Counted from the stretch's first letter, positions 13,075 to 28,112 are shown. The stretch is DNA of 64,000 nt from Octopus sinensis (GCF_006345805.1 NC_043000.1:68634001-68698000); one strand, 5' to 3'. Made by a program: numbers and translations. The notes: a model not told the origin generated them from the letters alone.

Positions 13075-13184
13075 CATTATTCAGTTTTATTTCAAGATTT
13101 CTTGCCAGTAGAGAAAGAACCGGTTTCTAACCTAGATCCAAGGCTCCTTCATTGAAATTTCAATATCAACAACAGGGTAATTTT
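13075..13184 (-). mobile_element. 110-bp non-coding segment bracketed by (TATG)n; possible LINE 3'-end insertion
   Basis: gtatgtatgt at 13065-13074 and (TATG)n at 13185-13227 flank a segment that reads ...aaataaaactgaataatga-catacatac on the minus strand. Confidence 0.4.
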
Positions 13185-13227
13185 GTATGTATGTATGTAT
13201 GTATGTATGTATGTATGTATGTATGTA

Positions 13228-14643
13228 TTCATGCAAATTTTGTTTTGTTTTATGTATGTATTCTCATGCATATAGTTGCGTATTTAGACATGCTCATATA
13301 TATTTAAATGATAAACTTCTGGAAAGTTTTACAGATTTTTACAGTTCCAGTGATGGATTGGATCTGTAGTCTTCGAATTAGCTTTCTCCTTTCTGGTTTT
13401 GAGAAGCCTAATTTCTCAAGATTGGTATTTTGGCAGTGTTACATATCCCAGGGCCCCAATAATTACAGGTATAAACCTGAACTTGGAATCTGGATAGGGT
13501 GACTGCAGATTCCTCAATAGTTCAGCGTAGGTATTCTCTTTTTCACTAATCTTCAGTTTCATGTTAACATCCACTGGGCAGATAATTTCCACAATTGTAC
13601 AGTTTCTCTTCTCTGTCCCATATCATTATACCAGGTCTGTTGTACTTACATTTTATTGAGGTCTTCACTAGGACATTCCACCAGTACTCCCTTTTATTAT
13701 GAGTGCCTATGGCTTCTGCCATACTGTGGGTTCTTATTTCTTTGTCCTTGGAGTTATCCTTCCGATGGATTTCATTATAGCGTGTCCAAGCTACAACATC
13801 ATATCTCATCGGTAGATAATACTGTGATTACATTTTCGGACAACTGCTTATGACGTGGCCGATATCTTCGGTGTTAACTCCACAAAGTCTGCGTTGGTTG
13901 TCACATTTTACTGCTTTTCCCGCATCTCTATCTCTTTTGTGCATTAGGTATTTGGTTGATTTTTTCCTGTTCCTGGTCCACTTCAAAGTGGGAGGTAGTA
14001 ATCCGGCTATTGGTCCATGATAGACTGCTTTGATGATCAATGTTACTATCATCTCGGAGCTTTCTACTAATGCAGAGTCTTCTACTCTTATATGCTCATC
14101 CTTTCATAGCCTTCTGCTCTTATATGCGCATCCTTTCATTTGATGATACGTTGCGGTAGAGCCTTTCGACTTCTTTGAGCATGTATTTATGTTTATCAGA
14201 CAAGGAGTGTTGCTCAAGGAGCTGCCTTCCAAGTCTTATGATGTTATCAGCCTCATGTATGCAAACTTGGTCAAGGGATGTAGGCACTTCGACACTTAGT
14301 GGTTAAAAGATGCTGTCGAAGGGATATGATATGACAATGAAAAGCATTTTGGATCGATGTTAAACCTCTGCCGCCTTGTTTTCGTTCTAGGTAGAGGCGG
14401 CCTACGTCTTTGTTTATATGGAAATAACGTGTGCTTGTTAGTATTAGTCGGGTTTTCACGTCAATGGCTCGGATCTCACCAAGCGTCCAATCAAGCAACC
14501 CTAATGCTGGTATGAGTACTGACACTACAAACACATTGTGGGCCACTGTTTTATGGAATGCAAAGAGTTCTGACGTCCAAATTTATTTATTCGGCTGTAA
14601 TAATTTTTAGTGACACGTGTTTTGCTACAGGTGCCATTGTAAC

Positions 14644-14644
<1 letters not shown>
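13228..14644 (-). mobile_element. R4/Dong-like RLE LINE #2, 5'-truncated, decayed
   Basis: RVTKNYY..AHNVFVVSVLIPALGLLDWT..IDVKTR..DVGRLYLERKQGGRGL; RLCGVNTEDIGHVISSCPKM; KYNRPGIMIWDREEKL..IVEIICPVDVN..KENTYAELLRNLQ..IPVIIGALG..TGTVKICKTFQKFII*; (TATG)n on both flanks. Confidence 0.9.
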
Positions 14645-14674
<30 letters not shown>

Positions 14675-14684
14675 TGTATGTATG

Positions 14685-14713
<29 letters not shown>
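14645..14713. repeat. (TATG)n microsatellite at the 5' junction of R4-like LINE #2
   Basis: Direct reading. Confidence 0.95.
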
Positions 14714-14718
<5 letters not shown>

Positions 14719-15066
14719 TATGAATACACACACACACACATACATAGAGAGAGAATGGGGTTAAAAGGGAAAGGACAAAATAGAGTTTGATATGACAAAC
14801 TGCCACCTTTTTAATCTTAGACAACCTCGAAACGGAATTTTTACTTCGTGCATGATACTGGGTTGCATTTGGATCTCACTTTGAAATTTGAGATTTCTTG
14901 TAATATGACAACAAACGTAGACGCTTATAAATACAGATTATGCGTATCTGTGAGTGTGTGTGAGTATGTGAGTGTGTGTGCGTACGTGTGATAATATGTG
15001 TGTATTTGTGTGTGTGCATTCATGTGTGTACGTTTGTGTATGCGAACGTGCATATATATGTTTGAG

Positions 15067-15107
<41 letters not shown>

Positions 15108-15941
15108 GTGTGCGTATGTAAATTAATTCAGCTATATAATCACAACGATCTATTCTTTTGTTCTCATTTAAAATGGACGCATGTATGTTACCATCAATGA
15201 TTTGTGTGTGTATGTGTGTGCGTGTGTAAGTGTAAGTGTGTGTGCTTGTATGTGTCATTCAATCACTTTTATATGTGTGTGTATTTGTAAGTATCAATTC
15301 GCGTAGTATCTTTGGACAATAAAAAGGTCTAGATTTGATCGGAAGGGTGGAGCAGTTAATGTATTTCCTTTTGATAAATGGAAAAAAATGTTTCTTGAAA
15401 TTAACATAGACTTCCTTATAGTTGCATAGTTGTCTTCTTTATTGTTGTTGCTGCTACTGTTTCCCTGTTCCAGTTGCTGCAACTCTTTGCTAGTGTAGCT
15501 CGTTTTTTTCTTCATGTTGTTGCAGATGATTTCATTAACGTCACTGATCTTTATGATGACATATGAGATACTCTTGTTGGTGTGACTGATGATGCTACTT
15601 GTGGCCGCTGCTCTAATAGTAGCGGTCTTGTACGAAGTGATTATTATCGTTTTGTTGTTGCTATTGTTGTTATTGTTGTTGGTGGTGATGGTGGTGGTGG
15701 TGGTGCTGCTGCTGCTTCTACCGCTGCTTATGTTGTTGCTGTTGTCTGACCTTCATATCGGTGCTTATTGAGAGACTAGATCTGTAATGAAAAACAAGTA
15801 TCCAAACCATGGTTAACCATTCCTCTCTTTTCCCCAGGCATTGCATATCTGGTACTGCATTTAACTAACGTGTCCTTCCTTTCTAAAGACGGTAGAGTAT
15901 GGAATGAGAGTAACTTTGCTGCTGTATCTAATCGTATAGAG

Positions 15942-16250
15942 CAGTGTTTCTCAACATTTTTTACCTGTGGATCCTTTTGATATATATTTTATTCTGGTGG
16001 ATCCCCATAGCCATTTGGCATTTAAAATCTAGTTTTACTGATGTTTCTTTGAAAATTCCCATTTTGTTTATCGCACATTCACTTCTGTAGGTCGAACTAT
16101 GTAAATCGTTTAAGAAAGAAACCCAGCAAAATCATTTTATGGACCCTCAGAATAATACTGGGAACCAAATTTTCTATTTTGCTTGCGTGGATCCCCCAAC
16201 GTCTTATATGGACCTTCAGGGGTCATACGGACCCCAGTTGAGAATCACTG
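15942..16250. mobile_element. Complete hAT (Charlie-like) MITE, 309 bp
   Basis: TIRs cagtgtttctcaac / gttgagaatcactg (13/14 match); 8-bp TSD gtatagag (15934-41) / gcatagag (16251-58); internal ggatcc/ggaccc subterminal repeats. Confidence 0.88.
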
Positions 16251-19200
16251 GCATAGAGGCTTCCACGTTTCCTCATATAGGAGAAACTGGGGCGCGGTGA
16301 GTTGGTGGCATTTATGTTTGACGATGGCCATAATAAATGTGAACATTATAAAGTGATAGGAGTATTAATGAAAGTAGCGCTACTTTTGTGATCATGTTGG
16401 TAATGATGATAGCTGTAGTAGTGATGTTAATAGTAGTTGAATGTTTGGTAGTAGTGAGGGCAACTGTACTGTCGACAACGATTATTTGTTTTCTTGGTTT
16501 AGTCATCTTCTGATCTTGCTAAATTCCTATGCTTTTGTGGTTGTTATTGTTGTTGCTGTTACTGCTGCTGCAATGCTTATCACTTCGTCCTCTGGAGACT
16601 TTTTATTCAGTTCAGCGCAAGACGCCAATGAAAGACTAATCAATCATAGAGTTTAAATACACTCACCAATACAATCCCATATTTCAAGCATCAAAAATCA
16701 GTTGCGGGATCGTCATTGCTATTCACAAGAATCAGAATTATATCAGAAAGTAATTTCAGCCTTACAATAGACCCCTTCCCTCTCTCTTTCCTTCACACAC
16801 ACGCACGTGCGCGCGCATGTACGCACCACACAAACACAATTTTATTTATATATATTTAATACTGTTTCTGCTTTTCTGTCATGAATATTGTTTTATATAT
16901 TTTAGAAAAATGTCATCAAATAATGAGAGCGTATTCGTTGCCTTGAAAATGACACATTATAAGAGTAATATTATTATCTGGGCCACTCGGATAGTCTGAG
17001 TGATTTGTAGTATGAATAGAAGGATAGTAGTCCATCTAACCTGAATCCCTTAACCGTAACAGTCAACCAAATGAAAGTTGTACTGAGGAGGTGGGAAATC
17101 TGAAAGAGGGACAGAGACGAGGCTACGAGACGTATACAAAACAACCCAACAGACATCGGTTGTTAACCTGTTTATATTAATGCTAAAAGGATAGTTGATT
17201 CACTCTGTATGTATTGATTTGAGAATGGAGATCAATTTGTTGAGAAATATTAATTTTACATATTGTCTGTTTTTTTAACAAAAACAATTCTGTATGACTC
17301 ATTTTGCTTTTCCTTTATTTTAGGTTTCAAATGTTGTAGTTATTTTATGAAGAATCTGTATTATGATTCTACCATCAGCTGTAGTGTAATGAATTTTCCA
17401 CTGTAAGTATTTAAACCTGTATGAAGGATTTGTATTGCTGTAGTTTTCAGACTTCATCCAGCCGTTTCTCACTACACACGTTATTATGAGAAACTGGGAA
17501 CGAGTTGTTGGCTATAATATAATGGTGATGCGTTGTTGTTGATGTTACTTTGGTTTAGTCAAATTCAATCACACTGAGGAATAGAAGCAATTCTTCTAAT
17601 GCTTGCAGGTACTTTGAAGTTTGAGAACTAACTGCGTTAAATTGATGTGGTAAAATCTTTTACAAATTAGCTATAATAATGTACCCGTAAGTGGAGTACT
17701 ATTTTAAAATGTTTCGAACAAAGATCTCAAAAGAAAGGCCTTTCAGAGAAAGATTTTGTTACAAGAGTTAAATATTTCCTTTCCTTGTTAAAGTACCTCA
17801 TCTTTTGTCGTTACCTTATTCAATTTTGCCGATCCAGATCATCTTCAAATTTCAGTAATTGTATATGAGCTTGATGAATTTTAGTACATGTACGGACGAG
17901 AAATAGTTATTGTTGTTATCCTCCTCCTCCTCCTCCTCCTCCTCTCATCATCATCATCATCATCATCATCGTCGTCGTCGTCGTCGTCGTCATCATCATA
18001 ATCATAATCACCACCATCATCATCATCATCATCTAAACGTAATAGTCTGGGGTATTATATATGCACCTCTCACATGTCCAAGTAGTCTTCAGTAAAATTT
18101 GAAGTAGCTTGGGTCCGCTGATTTTTAACAAATCAAGTGATCGCTATGAGGCTCATTCATTAAATCACGTTACTTCAACGCTGATTGAGCAGCCCTAACA
18201 TAAAATACATTCCTGCAGTGATCGTTACGTTTTTTCTGTCTTTCCTTTCTTACCGAGGCCATGTTGGAACACTGCCTAAATACTATATTATTCAATGTGT
18301 TCTTTCTGCTTAACACAATAGGATATGATTTGAGGGAAACTGGCTGTAATTATAAGCATGTCGGGCGACCTTGTAGAAAATTCCCACAGACAATTGTTTC
18401 TATAGTATACTCTATTCAAACATTTCTTATAATGTAACCCTGTAGTATAGCGATGGGTGTGATCTCAACGTAGAATATAGTTATGGGTGTGGTATCAACA
18501 TAAGGTGGAGTGATGGGTGTGGTCCATGCTGTCTTTATGTCTCAATATGTTCATTGAAATTCTATGATTTGTTCCTTTGATAAGAACTGGGTTCTTCCAT
18601 CTGGCACAGCGTGTTGGTAGGAGACATTGCCACACAACTGTAAAATAAGTCCCGATCGATGGATGAATCGTTGTTGTCGCTGCTGCTGCTACTGCTATTA
18701 CCACTGTAACCATTGCTAGTTTTGCTGCTGTTATTGCTTCTGCAGTCGAAGTTTTGTTTGTTAGAGCTGCTAATGCTATTATGAATTTTTGTTGTCCTTG
18801 TTTTTGTTATTATTGTCATCAACGTCATCGTCGTTGTAGTTGTTGCTGTTGTGTTCACAGCAGCGACGACAGCGACATTAGTTTGCGTGTGTGTGTGTAA
18901 TGGTGGGGGAGGAGGTGAAATAGTGGTAATAGCCCGGAGTTGTTGTTATCATTGCTGTTAAGAGCCGTGAAGGTAGTCTGCTCAAGTTATCAGGTTGAAG
19001 GCGATAGGCAGGTGTTAGGTGAAAGCATTTGGTTTGAACACCTGTCAGCTGTGGTTAGACAAACTGTTTGAAGGGGATCAGGTCGCTATATTGTTTGCCG
19101 CCGTCTAACTTTTCAAGCAAGCTACGGCAGTTTGAATTATATACTATGTTGAAATAAATCAATAGATAAATAAAAAAGACATATAAACTTTGACGAAATA

Positions 19201-19630
19201 CAAAGGCGAGAAAGAGAGATGAGACAAATTGTGTAAATAACTAACTAAATAAACATATATAGAAAATAGAGAAACAAGATAATAAACAAATAAATAAAAC
19301 TTATAAAAGAAAACAATGAATGCAACTTAGGGGTGGAAGAAAATATAGTGAGAGACGGGAGAGGAGGAAAGTGTAACAGAATCAGACAAATACGGAGAAA
19401 CTAAATAAACATTATATCATCGTAACAAACTTAACAGCGATAACACTGTAGATGTAAGCTCTCAGTGAGCAACGCCTCTGACTCGGTTTCGAATTCCATT
19501 TGAAGCCAGATCACTTCATTTACATTCAAGGAATCAATGATTGGTATACAATTTCATTCACAGCAAATGTAGGACTTAGTGGATATACATACGTACATGC
19601 TAACTCACACAAATATCTGTGTGTGCGTGC

Positions 19631-19635
<5 letters not shown>

Positions 19636-19663
<28 letters not shown>

Positions 19664-19736
19664 TGTATGTATGTATGTATGTATGTATGTATGTATGTAT
19701 GTATGTATGTATGTATGTATGTATGTATGTATGTAT
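19636..19736. repeat. (TATG)n microsatellite
   Basis: Direct reading. Confidence 0.95.
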
Positions 19737-19774
19737 GTGTGCATATATATATATATATATATGTATTATATGTA

Positions 19775-20228
<454 letters not shown>

Positions 20229-20650
20229 CTGTGTGTGTGTATGTTTGTGTGTGTGTGTGTGTCTATCTAGCCAGCGGGTTTGCATTGTTCAAAATCTACA
20301 ACAATTTTACCAGCGGTGTCTAACATCCATAGCCGTCGATAGTTCAAATGCAACAAAAGGTACTTAAAACACTCGTCGCTCATCTTTCCGTAGCCCCGGT
20401 TTTGTAGCTATATTCAATGGAGAAAATGAACACTTTCACTGTGGATGCATCAGAAATTGCAGTGGCTAGGATGTCATGTCAAGAAGGACTCCTAGTAGCT
20501 TTCATATGTCACACTTTGCTCAGTCTCTACGAAATTGGTTGAACATAGAGAGAGAGAGGCCTATATTGTAGTATGGTGTGTAGGTAGACTGCGAAATTTT
20601 CTTTCAGGAAAGCAATTTTGTTTAGAAACTGGTCCCCAGCGTTTGAAAAC

Positions 20651-21160
<510 letters not shown>

Positions 21161-21583
21161 CTGTGTGTGTGTATGTTTGTGTGTGTGTGTGTGTCTATCT
21201 AGCCAGCGGGTTTGCATTGTTCAAAATCTACAACAATTTTACCAGCGGTGTCTAACATCCAATAGCCGTCGATAGTTCAAATGCAACAAAAGGTACTTAA
21301 AACACTCGTCGCTCATCTTTCCGTAGCCCCGGTTTTGTAGCTATATTCAATGGAGAAAATGAACACTTTCACTGTGGATGCATCAGAAATTGCAGTGGCT
21401 AGGATGTCATGTCAAGAAGGACTCCTAGTAGCTTTCATATGTCACACTTTGCTCAGTCTCTACGAAATTGGTTGAACATAGAGAGAGAGAGGCCTATATT
21501 GTAGTATGGTGTGTAGGTAGACTGCGAAATTTTCTTTCAGGAAAGCAATTTTGTTTAGAAACTGGTCCCCAGCGTTTGAAAAC

Positions 21584-21780
21584 TTTTACTCTTTTACTTG
21601 TTTCAGTCATTTGACTGTGGCCATGCTGGAACATCTCCTTTAGTCGAGCAAATCGACCCCAGGACTTATTCTTTGTAAGCCTAGTACATATTCTGTCGGT
21701 CTCTTTGTCGAACCGCTAAGTTACTGGGACGTAAACACAGCAGCATCGGTTGTCAAGCGATGTTGGGGGTACAAACACAA

Positions 21781-21827
<47 letters not shown>

Positions 21828-21840
21828 TATGCACACACAC

Positions 21841-21865
<25 letters not shown>
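21584..21865 (-). mobile_element. SINE family B tail fragment
   Basis: Duplicate of 20651-20930. Confidence 0.82.
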
Positions 21866-21904
<39 letters not shown>

Positions 21905-21917
<13 letters not shown>

Positions 21918-22330
21918 ACTGAGAATGTGTGTCTGTCTCTGTGTTTCCCTAAAACTTGAGAACTACACAACCAATTTCATTCAAATTTTACACATGCCTT
22001 ACTTAGGGTCCTGGGAGTGGCATCGGCAAAATTTTTAACTTTTTGCCTAGGGCGAGCCTACAGCAATATCATATCTTCTCCACTATTTCAGTATTACGTG
22101 TTAAAAGTGAAACAAAAACATTTCTCTATTTTATGTCAGATACTTTCACTTTAACAATAAAAATTAGAGATGATAATAACAATTGAATTATATGTAGTAA
22201 GTAATAATTAAAATCAAACTAAAGTATAATATAATAATTAAATCGTAACATAACAATTAAAAGTAAAAATAGCAGTTGGTATTAATTGCATCAATGACTT
22301 GAATAAGTGGTTTTACATGAATGGGAATAA
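21905..22330 (+). mobile_element. Probable Helitron-type non-autonomous element, 5' part; may extend to ~23200
   Basis: Starts tatatataactgagaatgtgtgtctgtc..aaccaatttcattcaaattttacac, the same 5' style as the clearer Helitron at 59742. No CTAG 3' end identified. Confidence 0.45.
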
Positions 22331-23282
22331 ATTAAAAATAAAATGTGCAGAAATAGAATAGTTCAGATGGAGCTGTGCACATACCCTTAACCATGGCTTT
22401 TACATTAGATTATCTGCTAATTAGCTAGGATTAAGTATCTATATGAGTACTGCTGTTGGTTTATTTCTTATACATAAAGGACTATAGCTTCAACTGCGTA
22501 CTGCTTTTTGATTCACCGTAAGGTTTGTTGTTATTATTATTACTGTTTAACTATTGTTATCACGTTTGTTGGTTCCTCGTAAGGGAAACGTTCTTGTGCG
22601 GCATTTGTTAAATAATTGTAAACCGTAACCCTTCCCCTTTGGGAGAAGGAGCTTTGATTATTGTTTAAAAATTGAATTGTGTCCCTGTTTGGAGAAATTG
22701 ACAATATTTTCACCGTTTATACGGAAGCATTTTTGTTAAAAATGAATTTCGCTGCAGCCGTCAGCGGGCGCGAACTCATTAAAATTAAAATGGAAGAAAT
22801 ACAAACCTATTTCGGAATGATCACCGACAAAGACGGTGAATCTAGGCTAACACCATCAAACGAAATAAAAAATTAAAGAAAAGAAAAGACTATTGTCTAT
22901 AAAGTATACAATGTAGAGAAAAAAAAAGATTTGAACACCTGGAGGAAAGCACCATCGAAAAGTGTCTTGGTGCGACTATGAAAGATATCTAACCAGAATA
23001 GAAGCAAGGTTCGAGTCAACGGAGCGTGCAAGGGAGTACTCGACTCGAACCTTGCAAAGTGGAAATATCTTATTTTTACCTTTATATCTGGGACGTAGGA
23101 CGTCCCGGATAAAAATTTAAAATGTTCCCCCAGAAGGTAGGCTAGATTGTAGCCACACTTCTATACAAGAGGGAGGACAAGATACAATTGATCGAAATTG
23201 CAAGAGACGGACCAACAATTCCAGTCTGTTATATATTTTGAGTATTGTTATCACTAGCGATATCAAGATATTGGGTCATAAT

Positions 23283-23458
23283 GCTAGTATATATGTTTGG
23301 ATGACAGGCTTCTTTCAGTTTCCGTCTACCAAATCTATTCACAAGGCTTTGGTCGGCCCGAGTAGAAGACACTTGCCCAAGGTGCCACGCAGTGGGACTG
23401 AACCCGGAACCATGTGGTTCGTAAGCAAGCTACTTATCACAGAGCCACTCCTATGTCT
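23283..23458 (-). mobile_element. SINE family B, head and body
   Basis: aagacacttgcccaaggtgccacgcagtgggactgaacccggaaccatgtgg. Confidence 0.9.
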
Positions 23459-23629
23459 GTTTATGAAGGATTTAGATGTTTCTCGACATGCTTCACAAAA
23501 ATAACCAGGTGGTGTTTGATTCTTTCGCAATACGGCTTCATCATTAAGGATGTTCTTGGTAAGGATATTCTGTACGTTGATGCCCTCTCACATTTGATGT
23601 ACAACGATAACAATGTTGGTGACATAATA

Positions 23630-23778
23630 ATTCTTTTCTACTCTAGGCACAAGGCCCGAAATTTTTGGAGAGAGGGCCAGTCGATTAAATCGACCCCAAT
23701 ACGCAACTGGTACTTAATTTATCGACCCCAAAAGGACGAAAGGCAAAGTCGACTTCGGCGGAATTTGAACTCAGAACG
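23630..23778 (-). mobile_element. SINE family A, 5'-truncated
   Basis: Reverse complement of the family A 3' two-thirds. Confidence 0.88.
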
Positions 23779-23876
23779 ACAGAGCCACAATATTGACTAG
23801 GATACATGACACGCGTGGAGGTGGCAGTGGCGGTGGTGGAGGTTCTGTGTATTTTATAAGTGCATTGAAATGTGAT

Positions 23877-24255
23877 GGAGACGTAATGGCCCGGTGGTTA
23901 GGGCAGCAGACTCGCGGTCATAGGATCGCGTGTTCGATTCCCAGACCGGGTGTTGTGAGTGTTTATTGAGCAAAAACACTTAAAGTTCCACGAGGCTCCG
24001 GCAGGAGGTGGTGGTGAACCCTGCTGTATTCTTTCACCACAACTGTCTCTCAATCTTTCTTCCTGTTTCTGTTGTACCTGTATTTCAAAGGGCCAGCCTT
24101 GTCACATTCTGTGTCACGCTGAATCTTCCCGAGAACAACGTTAAAGATATACGTGTCTGTGGAGTGCTCAGCCACTTTCACGTTAATTTCACGAGTAGGC
24201 TGTTCCGTTGATTTGATCAACTGGAACGCTCGTCGTCGTAACCGATGGAATGCCG
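23877..24255 (+). mobile_element. tRNA-headed SINE family D1
   Basis: A-box tggcccggtgg and B-box gttcgattcc in a tRNA-like head; first ~170 bp homologous to the 37362-37662 element; no 3' acceptor stem. Confidence 0.8.
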
Positions 24256-24394
24256 TAGTAATAGAAATGTGACATGATGCTTTAATGGTAGTAATAAAGC
24301 GTTGTGCATGTTGTTGCTTAGCTCTCTGCTAACCGTGTTCAAACTATTAAAACCGTGACTGCCCTGTTTTTTTCCAATACTCAGGGAATCCGAG

Positions 24395-24960
24395 ACTATA
24401 TTATCAAACGTGAAACCGAATCGCTAATTATAGCCACACAGAAACATGCTATTAGGACGAATTTAATAAAGACAAAGATCGATAAAACTTAGACAGAAAG
24501 CAAATACTGAATCTTTAGGAAAGGAGACGAAAGCATAACCACCTCTTGAGTGATTGCAGTAAGCTAGCACGGAAAGAGCATAATCGTAGTTATGACTGTG
24601 CCAGTGAAAAAGAGCATTGAGATGAAAGCCGAGTGTGTGGGTTCAAAGTAACAGAAAATGGTATGAACACAACCAAAAGCTGTAATAGAGAATAGGAATT
24701 GTGAATTTTATGAGACTGCCTCATAAACTTGACCCTATTGTTGCAGCAAAATGATCAGATATTATTATTATTGGGGACAAAAGAAACAACGCGAGATCAT
24801 AGACTTTGCAATATGATAGCGGATACCAAAGCAACTGAAAAAATAGAGAAACAACAGAATCTAGCAAGAGAGATGAAAAGATTATGAATGACTGAGATGA
24901 CAATTATTCCTGCGGTAACTGATGCCTTTGTCACAACATACAAAGTGCTACCTACGCCAC
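24395..24960 (+). mobile_element. R4/Dong-like LINE zinc-knuckle/RLE fragment, heavily decayed
   Basis: IKRETESLIIATQKHAIRTNLIKTKIDK..HLLSDCSKLARKEH..WYEH..KAVIEN..EKIEKQQNLAREMKRL*..IIP. Confidence 0.75.
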
Positions 24961-26492
24961 TCAAGCTGCTAGTTCTTTATATCTGTCAAAGCTCTACTCT
25001 ACTCTCAATTTTAGATTTCTCAATCAGTATTTCCTTACTAAACATTATCGATTCTAATTTCATTGACATTTCCAGTTGTTGATGATCTTTCCCGTCAATT
25101 CCCTCTTCATTAGTCTTCTAGCCCACTCAGTATACTTGGCACGTCGGAAGCGATGCGTTCAGTTCCCAGTCTGTATAGCATATTGAGCTTGATCGCTCAA
25201 TTTGCAAGTTTGTGCTCTGTGTAGCCGAACCATAGCATACACGAACCCTCTCCCTTCAAAATTGCTAACATTGTGCCTACATTATATACAATTATTATCA
25301 TGATGTTGTTGCTGTTCCCATTTAATACGAGGTCAGTCTTGATCAAGCAAACCTATGATGAGAAGCATTCTAGCCATGACGATCTCAGTTTTTCATATGT
25401 GCAGGAAACTCAGCACCATACTGCCCAACGTTTTTTCTTTAAAGACAATGGCAGGAATGCGATTGATCATAGTTCTGTTCAAACAAAGCTAAACAACAAT
25501 ACAATGACAAAAACATTTTCACCTAGGCAGTCTTGGCTTTAGACTTTGTCGGTCCCCTGATAAAAAAATTATGCCAGGTTTCACAAATATTGAAAACGTA
25601 AATGCGTTCTGATTATTTGAGGCTCTTGTTGATTGTGAGCCCCTAATCTGTAGATTATGTCTAAATTCAGCACTGCACCTAGAACGTTGATGCTGTTCTC
25701 CGAGTACCAAACAGATCGCTCTCACTTGTGCGAAATAATATTGTTTCCACCTGTACTGCAATCATTAAACAAAGCACAAAACTTGCTGCCAAACACTAAG
25801 AAATGGAATTCAGTGATTTATCATCCTTGGTTTCACTGATGTCATCTACTTTCAGTTACCCTAATATTTTCTGTAGATATCTCAGCTTTTCCAGATAATC
25901 AACATTATCAGTGTCATTCACCTGAAGCGGCTTATGTTTCGAAACTTAACTAAATAAGTAAATATATTTTATAAAATCCAGACAAATACATATTGACATT
26001 CAGGAGAGCTTCCATTCACTGCAATGTTTATGGTAAACATCCGATAACAACTGCAGAAAATACCACTTCAGGAGGAACAGGAGAAAAGCAAAAGCACAGG
26101 GGATGACGACGGCAAAACAACAACAGCAACAATAGTAATAACAACAAGAACAGGGTTATCATGTTGCACACTGTTCCCACGCTTATAAAACGAACTTAAC
26201 TTGTTCATTGAAGAAAAATCTCTCCCCGAGCTAAACGGTGTTGAAGAAACGTTTTTGGAATGAAGAGAAAGATGAGAGAAACTAAATAATAGAAAAGTAA
26301 ACTATTTCTATGAGGTTAGAAATGATTCGGTTGTTTTCTTTATTTCTCTCCCCCTCCCGTTCTTTCTCTTTTAACTATATTCACGCAACCAGTTTACAAA
26401 GCAAGAAAAAAAGGCAAATTGAAAGATGTATAAATAAACAATAACAACAATAATAAAAATTATAATTTGATGGTGATGGTGAAAGAAGCAAT

Positions 26493-26640
<148 letters not shown>

Positions 26641-27287
26641 TAACAACAACAATAATAATCCTTTCTAATAATAATAATAACCACTATAAGAGGTCTTTAC
26701 CGAAAACTTATTTTGCTATATAATTTGTTATTATAAGAAGTTCTGGAGAGGTTTATCAGAAACATGTGTGCTATATCATCTGTTTTGAATATTGAAGCTA
26801 AAACAAAATTTCTAGAATGTTCTCCACCACCACCACCACCACCGCAACAACAACTCACACACCCACCACTTCTACCTTTTGGGGTTATTTTTCACCATAT
26901 TTCTTTTTCTTTTCCCCCTTTTTCATGCTTTCAGTCGTACATTTTATACTTTACAACTTATACGATCTGTCTAGCAGATACTAAAGAACAGTAATCATCA
27001 ACGTATCTCTCACCATACATAAATAAATACATACATGCATGCACAGAGAAAAGACAAACAAACAAATCCTAAAGGGTTCCTCAGTCTCTGGGGTGGTAAA
27101 CTCACTGATTCTTTAAGTTGTCTCGTAAGATCAATTTATTCGCGCGGGAGGTATAAACCGCGCGTCTCCAAACTCAAAATCTCATTCACACCCCGAATCT
27201 CATTTGGCAGCTTAATGGATGTAAAATATGCTGAGATCTTTTGCGTAATTCACGTACGTGTAGATTACGTATATATTTGTATATCTG

Positions 27288-27319
<32 letters not shown>

Positions 27320-27373
27320 TGTATGTATGTATGTATGGAATGAATGGATGTGTGTGCGCGTGTGCGCGCGTAC

Positions 27374-27416
<43 letters not shown>

Positions 27417-27825
27417 TGTTTGTTTATGTGCGGCAGTGAAATAATTACCGATAATAATTACCGAAAAGTTTAACAAAATCGGAAATATCTCTCATCAGCT
27501 TTGTTATCCGGATTTACAACGGTTTCGACGACGCAAGAGAGAATTACAAGTCAATGTAAACAATCAAGAGAAATTAATACAATGAAATAGAAAGATAAAT
27601 TTAAAACTTTGCTTATTTATTTCGTATATAAGACCTGCTATTTCATTTCTGCTGTTGTTTGAAAACTAAGAGTCGCATTTTAAAGTTCTATGCATAATAC
27701 ATGTATACATACGTACATACATACATACATACATACATACATACATACATACATACATACATACATACATAAATACATACATACATGCATACATACATAC
27801 ACACACTCACACACACACACACATA

Positions 27826-28112
27826 CGAGGGAGAGTAAAAAAATCATACGCACTTCAATGTATTTACACAAAAGCAGGGATAAACAAGTACGTCATGTTT
27901 CTATAGAGTCTCTTTCCTTTTCAATGCACTTGGTCTAGCGGTCCACAAGCTTGCGTATTCTCTCCAAAAAGAAGGTTTTCGGTTGGTCGTGCAACCATTT
28001 ATGCACTGTTATCTTCACATTTTCATCTATAGGAAATCGACGACCTCGTAAATCATCTTTGAGTGGTCCAAAGATATGATAGTCGGAAGGGACGAGATCT
28101 TGGTTGTAGTAT
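27826..28112 (-). mobile_element. Mariner transposon, 3' end
   Basis: YYNQDLVPSDYHIFGPLKDDLRGRRF..VHKWLHDQPKTFF..RKLVDR*TKCIEK; TIR-like cgagggagagtaaaaaaatc preceded by TA at 27824-25. Confidence 0.88.

Noticed and set aside
23877-23950. Possible tRNA gene (also 37590-37662)
   Set aside because: No complementary acceptor stem or Pol III terminator; continues into a shared SINE body.
25920-25950. ctgaagcgg...tcgaaac hammerhead-like words
   Set aside because: Core A9 is missing and no stems form.
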